Shown: positions 39,166 to 50,848, counted from the first letter of the stretch. The stretch is DNA of 64,000 nt from Alphaproteobacteria bacterium (GCA_965227515.1 CBDDFZ010000001.1:672001-736000), one strand, 5' to 3'. The notes: a model not told the origin generated them from the letters alone. Numbers and translations are program-made.

Positions 39166-39639
39166 CTATGACACCAAGTGCGCGAACGCTTTCGCCACGG
39201 CAGCGTAGACCGGGCGCTTGAACTCCACGATCAGCCCCGGCACCTCGTCCAGCGGCACCCAGCGCCAGGCGTCGAATTCCGGCGTGCCGTGGGCGGCGAG
39301 GTCGATCTCCGCCTCGTCGCCGGTGAACCGCATCGCGAACCAGCGCTGGGCCTGGCCGCAATGGCGGCCGCGCCCGACCCCCGGCGGGAAGTCGTAGGCG
39401 AGCCAGCCGTCGATCTCGTCGATCATTTCGACCGAAACGATGCCGGTTTCCTCGGCCAGCTCGCGCTGCGCTGCGAGCGCTGCGTCCTCGCCCTTGTCAA
39501 TCCCGCCCTGCGGCAACTGCCAGGCGTCGGCCACATCGGCGCGGCGCGCGACGAAGACGAGACCCGCCGGGTTGAACAGCACGACACCGGCGCAGCGGCG
39601 ATAGCCCTTACCGGGCTTGGCGGTCGGGCGAAGGCTCAT
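39166..39639 (-). CDS. rppH: RNA pyrophosphohydrolase
   Basis: WQLPQGGID.GE..AAQRELAEETG Nudix box, GQAQRWF, PEFDAWRW, FKRPVY. Confidence 0.92.
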   Translation of the reverse strand: MSLRPTAKPGKGYRRCAGVVLFNPAGLVFVARRADVADAWQLPQGGIDKGEDAALAAQRELAEETGIVSVEMIDEIDGWLAYDFPPGVGRGRHCGQAQRWFAMRFTGDEAEIDLAAHGTPEFDAWRWVPLDEVPGLIVEFKRPVYAAVAKAFAHLVS

Positions 39640-39655
39640 TCTAAGATGGATGAGG

Positions 39656-41683
39656 TCAGTTGACCGCGACCTGACGGGTCACCACGGCGGACAGGGGGGC
39701 CAGGCCATAGCCGCGTCGCACCATGTCGCGGGTCCAGATCGCCAGCCGGTCGATGGTCACCGGATAGGCGCTGCCGATGGCCACCGCCGTGCCGTCACGG
39801 CGCGCCATCGATTCCACCTCGTTGAGCGCGGCATCGATGGCCGGGCTGGCCGCCATGCTGTCGATCCGGGCGTCGCTGACCACCACCGGCAGCCCGATGG
39901 CGGCGCCGACGCGTTCCGCGACATCGCCGACCGCCGCCCGGTTGTCGAGGTAGACCAGGCCGCGCGAGCGAATCTCCTCCAGCACCGGCTGCATCGCCAG
40001 CTGGTCGGCGGCGAACCGTGAGCCCATGAAGTTGCCGACGCCGACATAGTTGGTGGCGCGCGACAGCACCCACTCCAGGCGCTCCATGTTCTGTTCCGGT
40101 GTCAGCGAGGTCATCAGCGCCCATGGGCCGGGGTCGCTGCCGGGGTAGTCCGACGGCTCCATCGGCAGGTCGATCAGCACCTCGTGGCCGGCTGCCCGGG
40201 CCAACGCGATCCATTGGTCGAGGCCACGGGCATAGGGTGAGAACGACAGCGTCACCGCGCCCGGAAGCTGCTGAATCGCGGCCTCTGTGGCGCTGCTGTT
40301 GAGCCCGAGGCCGGTGACGACGATGGCAATCAGCGGCGGGTCGCCGGTGTCGTCGAATGGCCGCGCATAGGCCTGCCAGGGCTGGTCGCCGGAGACGCTG
40401 ACCGTCGGCAACGGGCCGACATCGGCCAGTTCGACAAGCTGCGGATCGGGCTCGCTGGAAAGCGCCAGTTCCACCGACGGTGCATTGGATTGCGCGGGTT
40501 GCGGCGGCGCTGCCTCGACCGGCGGCGTCTCGACCACGGGAGCTTCGGCGACCTGCGGTGCGTCAGCGACCCGCGGTGTATCAGTCTCGTGGGTCTCGTC
40601 GTTCTCGTGGTTCTCGACTGCGGCATCGGCCACGTCGGCGGTTTGCTCGGGCGCGGTCGCGTGATCGTCGTCCGCGAGCTGTTCGTCGGTGGCCGGTTCC
40701 GGCCCATCGGTCTCGTGGACGTCGTCGGCCATCTCGGGCTGGCCGGCGTCGTGATCCGTTGCTGGGTCGTGGTCCATCGCGGCATCGTCGGCCGCCGCGA
40801 CAACGACCTCCGCTTCATCGTCCGGCGGCTGTTGCACCACCACGGCCGGCGGCGTCTGGCCGAGTGCCGGACCGGCATCGTCGCTTGCCGGCGCTGCGTC
40901 ATCTGCCGGTGCATCGCCGGCGTGGTCTTCTTCCAGCACCTCCAGGCCAAGCATGGAGACCAGATCGAGGGACTCGCGCGGCTGCACCGGCATCGGGCCG
41001 TGCAAGCTCGGCTCGCCAGGCGCGCGGGAGGGGTGCTCGGTTTCGTCCACCGCTGCGGTTTGTGTCGGCGCCTCGTCCACAACAGGCGCGGCATCATGCT
41101 CGTCGCTGCCAGTGTCCTCGGCGGGCACGGCATAGTCGTCGCCATGGTCGGCAACGTCGGCAGCCTCGGCCACCGCATCCGCGTGATCGTCCGGCGCGAC
41201 ATGGTCGTCGGGAGCGTGTTGATCGTTGGCGCCGTGCTCGGGCTCGGGCGCCGGCGGCAATGCCGCGACAGGCTCTGCCGTCTCGTCGCCGTGCTCATCA
41301 TTCGCACTGTCCGCCGGAACGTCTGAGTCGGCATCGGGATGGTCGACGCGCTGCCAGGGCAGATCGGCCTCCGCCATCATCGGGTCGGGGACGTGACCGG
41401 TTTCGGCTTGATCGCCACTGTCCGGCGCATCGGTATCGGCTGCCGGGGTATCGGCTGCCGGGGCGTCGGCTATCGGGGTATCGGCTGCCGGCGTGTCGTC
41501 AGGGCCGGATGGATCGGCCTCAGCCAGCGAAATGCCGCGATCGGACGTGTCGGAGGGCGCCTCCGCCGCGCCGTCCACGGACGCCGGGGCGCCGGGCACC
41601 GGGAGCTGGCTGACATAGACGGCGCCCGCGGCGAGCGCGCCGACGACCAGCAGCAGCAATACCCACGGGATGGCGCGCCACAT
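39656..41683 (-). CDS. Divergent polysaccharide deacetylase (YibQ-like) with a long acidic linker
   Basis: N-terminal TM; C-terminal IAIVVTGLG, VTLSFSPY, GHEVLIDLPMEP, NFMGSRF. Confidence 0.85.
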   Translation of the reverse strand: MWRAIPWVLLLLVVGALAAGAVYVSQLPVPGAPASVDGAAEAPSDTSDRGISLAEADPSGPDDTPAADTPIADAPAADTPAADTDAPDSGDQAETGHVPDPMMAEADLPWQRVDHPDADSDVPADSANDEHGDETAEPVAALPPAPEPEHGANDQHAPDDHVAPDDHADAVAEAADVADHGDDYAVPAEDTGSDEHDAAPVVDEAPTQTAAVDETEHPSRAPGEPSLHGPMPVQPRESLDLVSMLGLEVLEEDHAGDAPADDAAPASDDAGPALGQTPPAVVVQQPPDDEAEVVVAAADDAAMDHDPATDHDAGQPEMADDVHETDGPEPATDEQLADDDHATAPEQTADVADAAVENHENDETHETDTPRVADAPQVAEAPVVETPPVEAAPPQPAQSNAPSVELALSSEPDPQLVELADVGPLPTVSVSGDQPWQAYARPFDDTGDPPLIAIVVTGLGLNSSATEAAIQQLPGAVTLSFSPYARGLDQWIALARAAGHEVLIDLPMEPSDYPGSDPGPWALMTSLTPEQNMERLEWVLSRATNYVGVGNFMGSRFAADQLAMQPVLEEIRSRGLVYLDNRAAVGDVAERVGAAIGLPVVVSDARIDSMAASPAIDAALNEVESMARRDGTAVAIGSAYPVTIDRLAIWTRDMVRRGYGLAPLSAVVTRQVAVN
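41432..41491. repeat. 4 x 15-bp in-frame tandem repeat (PAADT)
   Basis: ggtatcggctgccgg units. Confidence 0.85.
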
Positions 41684-41883
41684 CAGCGTTGTCTCCCAAA
41701 CCACCCCCCGGCGCGGGGGGCCGTGCGACCCACCGCCATGCCAACAATCGCGTGCATGGTCGGTGCGCCGTCACCTTGTGCGTGGCCGGGCGTGCGGCCG
41801 GCGATTCCAGCATCGCCGGCCGCGCACGAGTCGGCCACGCGGGCCGTATGTCATTATGACTACACTATTTCGTGTGCGATTGC

Positions 41884-43134
41884 CTAATCGACCGAGGCAA
41901 ACAGCGAAATGCCATGGATCAAGTCGATGGCACGCTGCAGTTGATAGTCCTCGATCTCTTCGGCGACCTCTTCGGCCTGGTCTTCGTCTTCGCTGCTGTC
42001 CAGCGCACCGCGCAGGTCGGACTCGCGGATGCCCATCTCTTCCAGCGTCTCCAGGATCGCCTGTTCGACGATGATGTCCGGCACGATGCCGACGGCCTGG
42101 ATCGACCGGCCCGAAGGCGTGTAGTAGCGCGCCGTGGTCAGCTTCATCGCGACGTTGCCCGGCAGCTCCATGATGGTCTGGACCGAGCCCTTGCCGAAGG
42201 ACTGGGTGCCGACGATGATCGCGCGGCGGTGGTCCTGCAACGCACCGGCAACGATCTCCGACGCGGAGGCCGAGCCGCCATTGATCAGCACCACGACCGG
42301 CAGGCCGTTGGCCAGGTCGCCGGGGTCCGCATTGTGGCGGGTGGTGTCGTTCGGCCGGCGCCCGCGGGTGGAGACGATCTCGCCGTGCTCCAGGAACGCG
42401 TCGGCCACCTCGATCGCCTGGTCGAGCAGGCCACCGGGGTTGTTGCGCAGGTCCAGCACGAAGCCTTCCAGGTCGTCGCCCAGCTCTTCCTGCAGGTTCT
42501 CCAGCGCACGGGCCAGGCCGGGCTGGGTCTGCTCGGTGAAGCGGGTGATGCGGATGTAGCCGACGTTGCCCTCGGTGCGATAGCGCACGCTATCCACGGT
42601 GATCACCGCGCGGCGCAGGGTCACGTCGAACGGCTCGGTGTCCTCGCGCGCGATGGTCAGCACGATCTCGGTGTCCACCGGGCCGCGCATCAGGTCCACC
42701 GCCTCGTTGAGGGTGAGGCCCTGTACCGAGGTGCCGTCCAGGTGGGTGATGTAGTCGCCGGACTGGATGCCCGCCTCGGCCGCCGGCGTGTCGTCGATGG
42801 GCGTCACCACGCGGACGAAGCCGTTCTCCATCGTCACCTCGATGCCGAGCCCGCCGAATTCGCCACGGGTCTCGATCTGCATGTCGGAGAAGTTGGAGAG
42901 GTCGAGGAAGCTGGAATGGGGGTCGAGCGACGCCAGCATGCCGTTGATGGCGGCTTCGATCAGCTCTTCGTCGCTGACTTCCTCAACATAGTTGGCACGC
43001 ACCTGCTCGAAGGCCTCGCCGAAGCGATCCAGCATGCGGTACGTGTCGGAAGTGGTCTCTTGGCTGAGCGCGGAAGCCGCCCCCCAACCAAACAGTGCGA
43101 CCGCCGCCACGGCGACGACTGTGTTCCGGGTCAT
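41884..43134 (-). CDS. ctpA: S41 carboxyl-terminal processing protease
   Basis: LDPHS, FGGLGIEV PDZ, LDLRNNPGGLL, SASASEIVAGALQD, FGKGSVQ. Confidence 0.93.
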   Translation of the reverse strand: MTRNTVVAVAAVALFGWGAASALSQETTSDTYRMLDRFGEAFEQVRANYVEEVSDEELIEAAINGMLASLDPHSSFLDLSNFSDMQIETRGEFGGLGIEVTMENGFVRVVTPIDDTPAAEAGIQSGDYITHLDGTSVQGLTLNEAVDLMRGPVDTEIVLTIAREDTEPFDVTLRRAVITVDSVRYRTEGNVGYIRITRFTEQTQPGLARALENLQEELGDDLEGFVLDLRNNPGGLLDQAIEVADAFLEHGEIVSTRGRRPNDTTRHNADPGDLANGLPVVVLINGGSASASEIVAGALQDHRRAIIVGTQSFGKGSVQTIMELPGNVAMKLTTARYYTPSGRSIQAVGIVPDIIVEQAILETLEEMGIRESDLRGALDSSEDEDQAEEVAEEIEDYQLQRAIDLIHGISLFASVD

Positions 43135-44435
43135 TCGTCCATCCCGTCTTTGTCTAAGAGAAACCAATCTTTCGGATTGATCGGCACGCCATCGTGCCGC
43201 AACTCCACGCCAATCGACACCACGCCTGCGGTGCCGGGTGTGGGTGCATCTGCCGCAATTCCAATAGGCTCGCCGCTCAGAAGCCGGCGGCCAACCGCCG
43301 TGTCGATCCGCGACAATCCTGATATCACCGTATGATATCCCTCGCCATGATCGATGATCAAGACGAGCCCGCGCCCTGGGAACGGTGCCGCGTAGGCAAC
43401 GACCCCGCCATGCGGGCTGACAAGCTGCGCCCCCGGTCGGGCTGCGATGTGCAGGCCACGGCCGACCAGGCCGAATGCATCGACGACATCGAAGTCGAGG
43501 CTGACATCGCCGGTCGCGGGCAGGCGCAGTTGTCCCGACGCCGCGGCCATCGAAGCCCCATCCGCCAGATAGGGTGACAGGTCGGTTTCGATGGCGGCCA
43601 GAACCACTGGTGCCGCCGCGCCGAACTCGACGGTCACAGTGGGCGCGTCCACACGGGCAAGGCGCAGGTCGTCCATCAGGCCAGCCAGGGCGTCGACGTG
43701 CTCGGCCAGGGATTCGGAACGGTCGTGTGCCGCGGCGAGCGCGCTGTAGCGCGCACGATGCATGTCGTCCAATTCGGTGTGGATGCCGGCAAGGGTGGCG
43801 CGCTCCGCGTCCAGCCGGGCCGACGCCCGCGCCACCTTGGCACGCTGGTCCTCGGTCTCGCGGCGCAGTTCGGTCAGGTTCGCCGTGCGCTCTGCCATCG
43901 CGGCGACCTCGGCGCTGAGCGCCGGCGCCAGGGTGGAGAGCACGACACCGGCGCGCACCGCGCGATTGGGATCCTCGCCATTGGCCAGCAGGGCGAGCGG
44001 CGATGCGGCGGCCACCTGATAGAGCGCCAGGGTGGCGCCAGACAAGCGTGCCCGGTCCTCCACCAGTTGGGCCTGGGCAGTGGCCAGTTCGGCGTCGATG
44101 CGCACCAGGCGGGCCTCCAGTTCGGTCAGCAGGGCTTCGGCGTCCTGCACCGCGCGCGCGGCGACCACCAGCCGGTGCTGGGCCGCTTCCGCCTGTTCGC
44201 GCAACTGTTCGGCTTCCTGTTCCAGCGCCTGCTCTTCCAGTTCGGATGACGCCTGTTCGCTCGTGGTCTGCTCCAGCAGGGCCGCCACCGCGTCCATGTC
44301 CAGTGCTTCCGGTGCGTCCGGCCCGTCCGCTGCATCCTGCGCCAGGGCAGGCGCGACGCCGCCGAGCAATGCCACCGATGTCGCCATCATGGCTGCACGG
44401 CGTGCCCAGGTCGAAGCTCGAGGCAGGCGGTTCAC
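43131..44435 (-). CDS. envC: Murein hydrolase activator EnvC-like (coiled coil plus degenerate M23)
   Basis: Signal-like N-terminus, long coiled coil, LIIDHGEGYHTV, ELRHDGVPINP; envC-ctpA synteny; start uncertain. Confidence 0.8.
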   Translation of the reverse strand: MNRLPRASTWARRAAMMATSVALLGGVAPALAQDAADGPDAPEALDMDAVAALLEQTTSEQASSELEEQALEQEAEQLREQAEAAQHRLVVAARAVQDAEALLTELEARLVRIDAELATAQAQLVEDRARLSGATLALYQVAAASPLALLANGEDPNRAVRAGVVLSTLAPALSAEVAAMAERTANLTELRRETEDQRAKVARASARLDAERATLAGIHTELDDMHRARYSALAAAHDRSESLAEHVDALAGLMDDLRLARVDAPTVTVEFGAAAPVVLAAIETDLSPYLADGASMAAASGQLRLPATGDVSLDFDVVDAFGLVGRGLHIAARPGAQLVSPHGGVVAYAAPFPGRGLVLIIDHGEGYHTVISGLSRIDTAVGRRLLSGEPIGIAADAPTPGTAGVVSIGVELRHDGVPINPKDWFLLDKDGMDE

Positions 44436-44574
44436 GTCATTCACGCGGAGATTGATTCGCAAGCAGTATGGCAAACCTATGACGCATCGCAGGGCCCGGG
44501 CACACCGATTTCGCCACAAATGACGCAGCGGTGAAGGCGCGTGCGGTGTCGCCTCCGGCGAAGCTGATTCCAAC

Positions 44575-45147
44575 TTACCTGCCTGGATCGTCCAGCGCTT
44601 CGATGAAGATGGCGTCAACGCCAATCGCGATGCCCGGCGGATCGAGGACGATTTCGCCCGTGGAGACGATGTGGGTATCGAAACGGTCCGGCCCGGCACG
44701 GCGGTGATGGATGACCTTCCTGCGCTCCGTGTCGAACACAAGATAGTGTGCGATGGAGTTGACCTGGGCGTAGCCTTCGAGTTTGGCAACCAAGTCGATC
44801 GACTTCGAAGAGGGCGACATGACCTCGACGACCACGATGGGCGCGTTCAATTCCAAAGCGTCGGCAGGCGGTCTGGGCCCGCAGTTTACGGAGGCGTCGG
44901 GCTCGAACGCGGTTTGCGCGTTGATCCTGACGGTCATGCCGTCTGGATAGGCGCGGCATTCGACGCCGGCCTTTTGGATTGCGTCGCGCAGAGCCACTGC
45001 CACCGCCAGCTTGACGTCGGCATGCTCGACGCGTTCCGGCGCCATGGCGACCGGCGTGCCATCCAGCAGTTCGTACCGCGCGGCCTGCTGCGCTGCCCAT
45101 GGCAGGTACTCTTCCACTGTCATAAGTCTGGCAGCCGATTCGGACAT
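44575..45147 (-). CDS. Uma2 family (PD-(D/E)xK) endonuclease
   Basis: MTVEEYL, RYELLDG..MAP..H, EPD, VVEVMSPSS..D..KLEGY. Confidence 0.88.
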   Translation of the reverse strand: MSESAARLMTVEEYLPWAAQQAARYELLDGTPVAMAPERVEHADVKLAVAVALRDAIQKAGVECRAYPDGMTVRINAQTAFEPDASVNCGPRPPADALELNAPIVVVEVMSPSSKSIDLVAKLEGYAQVNSIAHYLVFDTERRKVIHHRRAGPDRFDTHIVSTGEIVLDPPGIAIGVDAIFIEALDDPGR

Positions 45148-45214
45148 GCTCATGGACCTCGGGCACCGGATTGCAGGCCGGCAGTCTAACACATCGGCGG
45201 TTGGGCTGGCGGCC

Positions 45215-45251
45215 AAAACAAAGGAGCCGCGGGCGTTGGCCCACGGCTCCC
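45215..45251 (-). terminator. Intrinsic terminator after groEL
   Basis: Minus strand ggagccgtgggc-caac-gcccgcggctcc followed by tttgtttt. Confidence 0.75.
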
Positions 45252-45313
45252 TGTCATTCCAGGTGGCCCGCCCCTGAAATCGATCGGGGCAGAGCCGGCA
45301 ACCGGGCGCGGGC

Positions 45314-47026
<1,713 letters not shown>

Positions 47027-47063
47027 TCATCTTGAATTGCTCGGAAACGAAAAAAGGCGCGCC

Positions 47064-47384
47064 TTAGGCCGCCTTCTTCTTCTTCGCCGCACCCGTGGTC
47101 TCGATCACGCCCATGATGTCGGACTCTTTCATGATCAACAGGTCTTCGCCGTCGATCTTGACCTCGGTGCCGGACCACTTGCCGAACAGAATGGTGTCGC
47201 CCGCCTTCACGTCCAGCGGCTCAACCTTGCCGGCATCGTTGCGCGCGCCGGGGCCAACTGCGACCACCGCACCCTGCATCGGCTTTTCCTTCGCCGTGTC
47301 CGGGATGATGATCCCGCCGGCCGACCGTTCCTCCGCATCGATGCGGCGGACCACAACACGATCGTGCAATGGCCGAAATTTCAT
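47064..47384 (-). CDS. groS: Co-chaperonin GroES
   Basis: [25 protein letters not shown]; GGAGG RBS. Confidence 0.98.
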   Translation of the reverse strand: MKFRPLHDRVVVRRIDAEERSAGGIIIPDTAKEKPMQGAVVAVGPGARNDAGKVEPLDVKAGDTILFGKWSGTEVKIDGEDLLIMKESDIMGVIETTGAAKKKKAA

Positions 47385-47467
47385 ATCCATCCTCCAGTCG
47401 ATGTGCTTTTTCGAAACGAACCGCTTCGCGGGTTCGGGCGCCATAGCAGCAGCGTTGCCGCCATTTG

Positions 47468-47494
47468 TTAGCACTCTCCCCTCACGGCTGCTAA
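47468..47494. promoter_or_regulatory. CIRCE element (HrcA operator)
   Basis: TTAGCACTC-N9-GGCTGCTAA. Confidence 0.88.
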
Positions 47495-47498
47495 CGGC

Positions 47499-47527
47499 AC
47501 GTAGGAAATTGCGGAAGTCGTGTCAAG
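47499..47527 (-). promoter_or_regulatory. RpoH promoter of groESL
   Basis: Minus strand CTTG-N18-CCTACGT just upstream of CIRCE. Confidence 0.65.
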
Positions 47528-47894
47528 GTGAGTCGGCGGCCAGGGGCAAAAAATTTGCATTTACCGCAGCGATCGACCGCCGGCTGGCAGCAGTCAACGA
47601 CCAAGGCTGCTAAAGTATTGATTCAGCAAGACTTAACCGTTGCAGCCCAGACTCGTGGCCGGGATAATCGACCCCATGCAACGCCGATATGCCGGACCGA
47701 AGGCCTCGATCTGGCATGAATCTGGCAGTGCATGGAGAGCTGGCCCATGCCCAAGCTCAGCGGTTGCCTTCGCGGCGGCTGGGCTTGGGGGCGGGCCGGC
47801 AGGCAGCCCGCGCGATGCCGTTATGGCAGCGATGCGGTGCCGAATGCAAGCGCGCCCTTTGCAACCATGTCCATTCACTTGATGTGGGGGTGCC

Positions 47895-48215
47895 ATGCGC
47901 GACGTTCGACGGCCAACCTGGGAACAGCCGGACCGGCAACAGCCGATCGCAGGTTCGGGGCTTGCCCAGCAACTGAACGACTTCCGGCTGACCTTGGCCG
48001 AAATCACCTACCGAATGCCCGACCACCAGGCGATGTTGCAGACCTTTGTCTGGCAGGGCCTGGACCGGGCGCCCGACTATCCGCGCTTGCTGGCGTTCCT
48101 GAACTACTGGCGCGAGAACCTGGACGGGCCGCTGCATTCGGTGCGGGTCGGCCAGTCGCAGGTCCTGGCCGCGCCGCGCTACCGCAACCAGCAGTCCTCA
48201 CTCCTCGTCCACTGA
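47895..48215 (+). CDS. usg: Usg family protein
   Basis: LTLAEITYRMPDH..LQTFVWQ..D.APDYP.L..FL.YW..LDGPLHSV; divergent from groES. Confidence 0.85.
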   Translation: MRDVRRPTWEQPDRQQPIAGSGLAQQLNDFRLTLAEITYRMPDHQAMLQTFVWQGLDRAPDYPRLLAFLNYWRENLDGPLHSVRVGQSQVLAAPRYRNQQSSLLVH

Positions 48216-48479
48216 CCGCACATCCACCGCGCCGGTTTCGGGCGGCACCGTGCCGTCGCCGCCGTCCCAGTCGTCGGGATCGGGGGCGACCGGAATGACA
48301 TAGGCGCCGCCCAGCCAGCGATGCAGGTCGACATCGCGGCACCGCGCGGAACAGAACGGCCGAAATTTCCCATCGGCCGGCTTCCGGCACAGCGGGCATT
48401 TCGCGGCACCGGTTGCCGAGCCCGTGCCCGGTGCGTCGCCGGCATCGTCGTTCGCAGCAGTTCGCCGTGTATCGCTCAT
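48198..48479 (-). CDS. yacG: DNA gyrase inhibitor YacG
   Basis: CPLCRK..FRPFCSARCRDVDLHRWL..YVIP zinc finger. Confidence 0.88.
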   Translation of the reverse strand: MSDTRRTAANDDAGDAPGTGSATGAAKCPLCRKPADGKFRPFCSARCRDVDLHRWLGGAYVIPVAPDPDDWDGGDGTVPPETGAVDVRSVDEE

Positions 48480-48565
48480 GAAGGGCGGGATACCACACCA
48501 GGTGCGCGCCCCGTCAACCGCCTGCGTCAACTGCCTGGACCGCGGGCAGGGCCCTTCCGGTCGCG

Positions 48566-49201
48566 CTATTCCGGCATGGGCGGCATGGTGGCGGCGAAGC
48601 TGGGCCGGTCGGCAATCGCCGCCTGTACCGCCTTCACCCGCGGTGCGGCGTCCAGAAGGGCCGCGCCGTCGGGCATGTTGCCGACATAGAACAGGATCGG
48701 GGCCAGGAACGCGTCGGCCAGCGTGTATTGGGCGCCGCACAGATAGGGCCCCTCGCCACTCGCCAGCGCCTGCTCCATGGTGGCCAGCCGGCTGGCTGTC
48801 TTGTCTCGCCCGGCGGTCACCGCCGCCGCGTCGGGCGCGCCATCGGGCCCGGTGGGGAAGATATACTGCAGCACATAGGCGCGGATCGCGTCGTCATAGA
48901 GGTAGTCGCAGCAGACCGAGATCCAGCGGTCCATCTCCGCCTCGCCCTTCGCGTCGCGGGGCCGCAACGCAGGCCCGTCGAAGGCGGCGTCGATATATCG
49001 GGTGATCGCCGGCGTTTCGTGCAGCACCAGATCGCCATGGCGGAAGCCGGGCATCTTGCCATAGGGGTTGACCGCCAACAGCTCGGGCGCGCCCGGCCCG
49101 GCCGGCTCCAGGTCGTAGGCGACGCCCTTCTCCTCCAATGCCATCCGCGTGGTGCGGACGAACGTGCTCTGCGGCGCCCCAATAACCTTGACATCGGCCA
49201 T
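48566..49201 (-). CDS. Glutathione S-transferase
   Basis: STFVR..LEEKG, NPYGKMP, LHETPAI..YID, YTLAD. Confidence 0.9.
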   Translation of the reverse strand: MADVKVIGAPQSTFVRTTRMALEEKGVAYDLEPAGPGAPELLAVNPYGKMPGFRHGDLVLHETPAITRYIDAAFDGPALRPRDAKGEAEMDRWISVCCDYLYDDAIRAYVLQYIFPTGPDGAPDAAAVTAGRDKTASRLATMEQALASGEGPYLCGAQYTLADAFLAPILFYVGNMPDGAALLDAAPRVKAVQAAIADRPSFAATMPPMPE

Positions 49202-49241
49202 GCCGGCCTCCCTCGTTGCCGTGCACGGGTGCGCACGGACG

Positions 49242-49265
49242 TTATGTAAGATAGTGCTTACGTAA
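49242..49265. promoter_or_regulatory. AT-rich palindrome between the divergent GST and GFA genes, candidate operator
   Basis: ttatgtaag-N6-cttacgtaa (8/9 inverted match). Confidence 0.5.
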
Positions 49266-49305
49266 TGGGCGGCGGCTCGGCTGACAAGGTGTGAAAGGAC
49301 GGGTC

Positions 49306-49704
49306 ATGGACACGATTTCGGGAGGGTGCGAGTGCGGCGGCGTGCGGTTCCAGGTGGCCGGAGAACTGCGCGACGTGGTGAACTGCCATTGCGGGCAGTG
49401 CCGCCGGACCCACGGCCATTATGGCGCCTACTCGGGCTGCAAGCTGGAAAACCTGGCGTTCGACAACGATGAGACGCTGACATGGTACGACTCGTCCGAC
49501 GAGGCGCGGCGCGGCTTCTGCAACCGCTGTGGCGGCAGCCTGTTCTTCGAGTTCAAGGGCTCAGGCAGTATCGCGATCTCCGCCGGCATGCTGGACGAGC
49601 CGACAGGGCTGAAAACCTCGGGCGACATCTATCTGGCGTCCAAGGGCGACTACTACGACGTGCCAGACCAGGGCGGGTTCCGCTACGAGGGCTCCCATCG
49701 CTGA
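49306..49704 (+). CDS. GFA/CENP-V family Zn protein
   Basis: GGCECGGVRF, CHCGQCRR, RGFCNRCG. Confidence 0.9.
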   Translation: MDTISGGCECGGVRFQVAGELRDVVNCHCGQCRRTHGHYGAYSGCKLENLAFDNDETLTWYDSSDEARRGFCNRCGGSLFFEFKGSGSIAISAGMLDEPTGLKTSGDIYLASKGDYYDVPDQGGFRYEGSHR

Positions 49705-49893
49705 CGCTGTTGCGATGCGACCGGCCGTACGCGTACGTACGGGGGAACGCACGGGCTTCTTCGCCCGCCATGTCGGTGTGAAGACGGTATTGGACTAGCT
49801 GCTGCCGGAGCGTCAGCGAGGGCCGGCCTGCGACGTTTGGTGCGGCGGAGAGTGCGTGCCGGGGCAGAGGTTATGGCCTAACAATCCGGGGCA

Positions 49894-50661
49894 ATGGAAC
49901 TCCACGACGTCTCCGCCTGGTTCTATCCGATCGCGGCCTTCGCGGTCCTGATCACCGGCATCTCCAAAAGCGGCTTTTCCAGCGGCGTCGGCTCGCTCAG
50001 CGTGCCGATCATGGCGATCGCGATCTCGCCGTTGGCCGCCGCCGCCATCATGCTGCCGATCCTCTGCTTCATGGACCTGATGACGATCTGGGCCTATCGC
50101 CGGCAGTGGGACAAGCGCAACCTGTTGATCCTGCTGCCCGGCGCCATGGTCGGCATCGTCATCGGCGCGCTGATCTTCGACAGCATCGACGAGAATATGG
50201 TGCGCCTGATCCTGGGCCTGATCGCGCTGCTGTTCGCCCTCAACTACTTCGTCAGCCGGCGCGCCGCGCTGAAGCCGCGCCGGGGCCACCCGGCCGTGGG
50301 CGTGGCCTGCGGCACGGTTGCCGGCATCACCAGCTTCATTGCCCATGCCGGCGGGCCGCCGGTGCAGTTTTTCATGCTGCCGCAGCACTTGCACAAATCG
50401 GTATTCGTCGGCACCAGCGTGATCCTGTTCTTCGCCATCAACCAGGCGAAGATCATTCCCTACGCGCTGATCGGCCAGTTCTCGGCCGAGAACCTGACCA
50501 CGGCCCTGGTGCTGGCGCCAATGGCGCCGATCGGCATCTTCCTGGGCCTGAAACTGCACAAGCTGGTCAGCCAGGAGCTGTTCTACAAGCTGAGCTACGG
50601 CATGATGGTGATTGCCGCCGTCAAGCTGCTATGGGACGGCATCGCCGGCATGGTGGGGTAG
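49894..50661 (+). CDS. TauE/SafE family sulfite exporter
   Basis: GISKSGF, FIAHAGGPP, about 8 TM helices. Confidence 0.88.
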   Translation: MELHDVSAWFYPIAAFAVLITGISKSGFSSGVGSLSVPIMAIAISPLAAAAIMLPILCFMDLMTIWAYRRQWDKRNLLILLPGAMVGIVIGALIFDSIDENMVRLILGLIALLFALNYFVSRRAALKPRRGHPAVGVACGTVAGITSFIAHAGGPPVQFFMLPQHLHKSVFVGTSVILFFAINQAKIIPYALIGQFSAENLTTALVLAPMAPIGIFLGLKLHKLVSQELFYKLSYGMMVIAAVKLLWDGIAGMVG

Positions 50662-50700
50662 GCGACAGTCATGCGCAACGCATTGATCTCACACCAAGAT

Positions 50701-50790
50701 CGTCATCCTCGGGCTTGTCCCGAGGATCCACGAGAAGGCCGCGCAGCGGCCTATTAGACGTGGATGCCCGCATCAAGTGCGGGCATGACG
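50701..50790. repeat. Short inverted CGTC-type REP dimer between convergent genes
   Basis: CGTCatcctcgggcttgtcccgaggatcca ... tggatgcccgcatcaagtgcgggcatGACG. Confidence 0.88.
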
Positions 50791-50848
50791 GTATAGGAGA
50801 GGCTGCACAATAACAGCGATGTTGGCGCGCGCCTCTAACCCTTCACGC

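Noticed and set aside
47500-47890. Possible sRNA or small ORFs between groES and usg
   Set aside because: Only promoter and CIRCE signals are recognisable; no convincing structure or RBS-supported ORF
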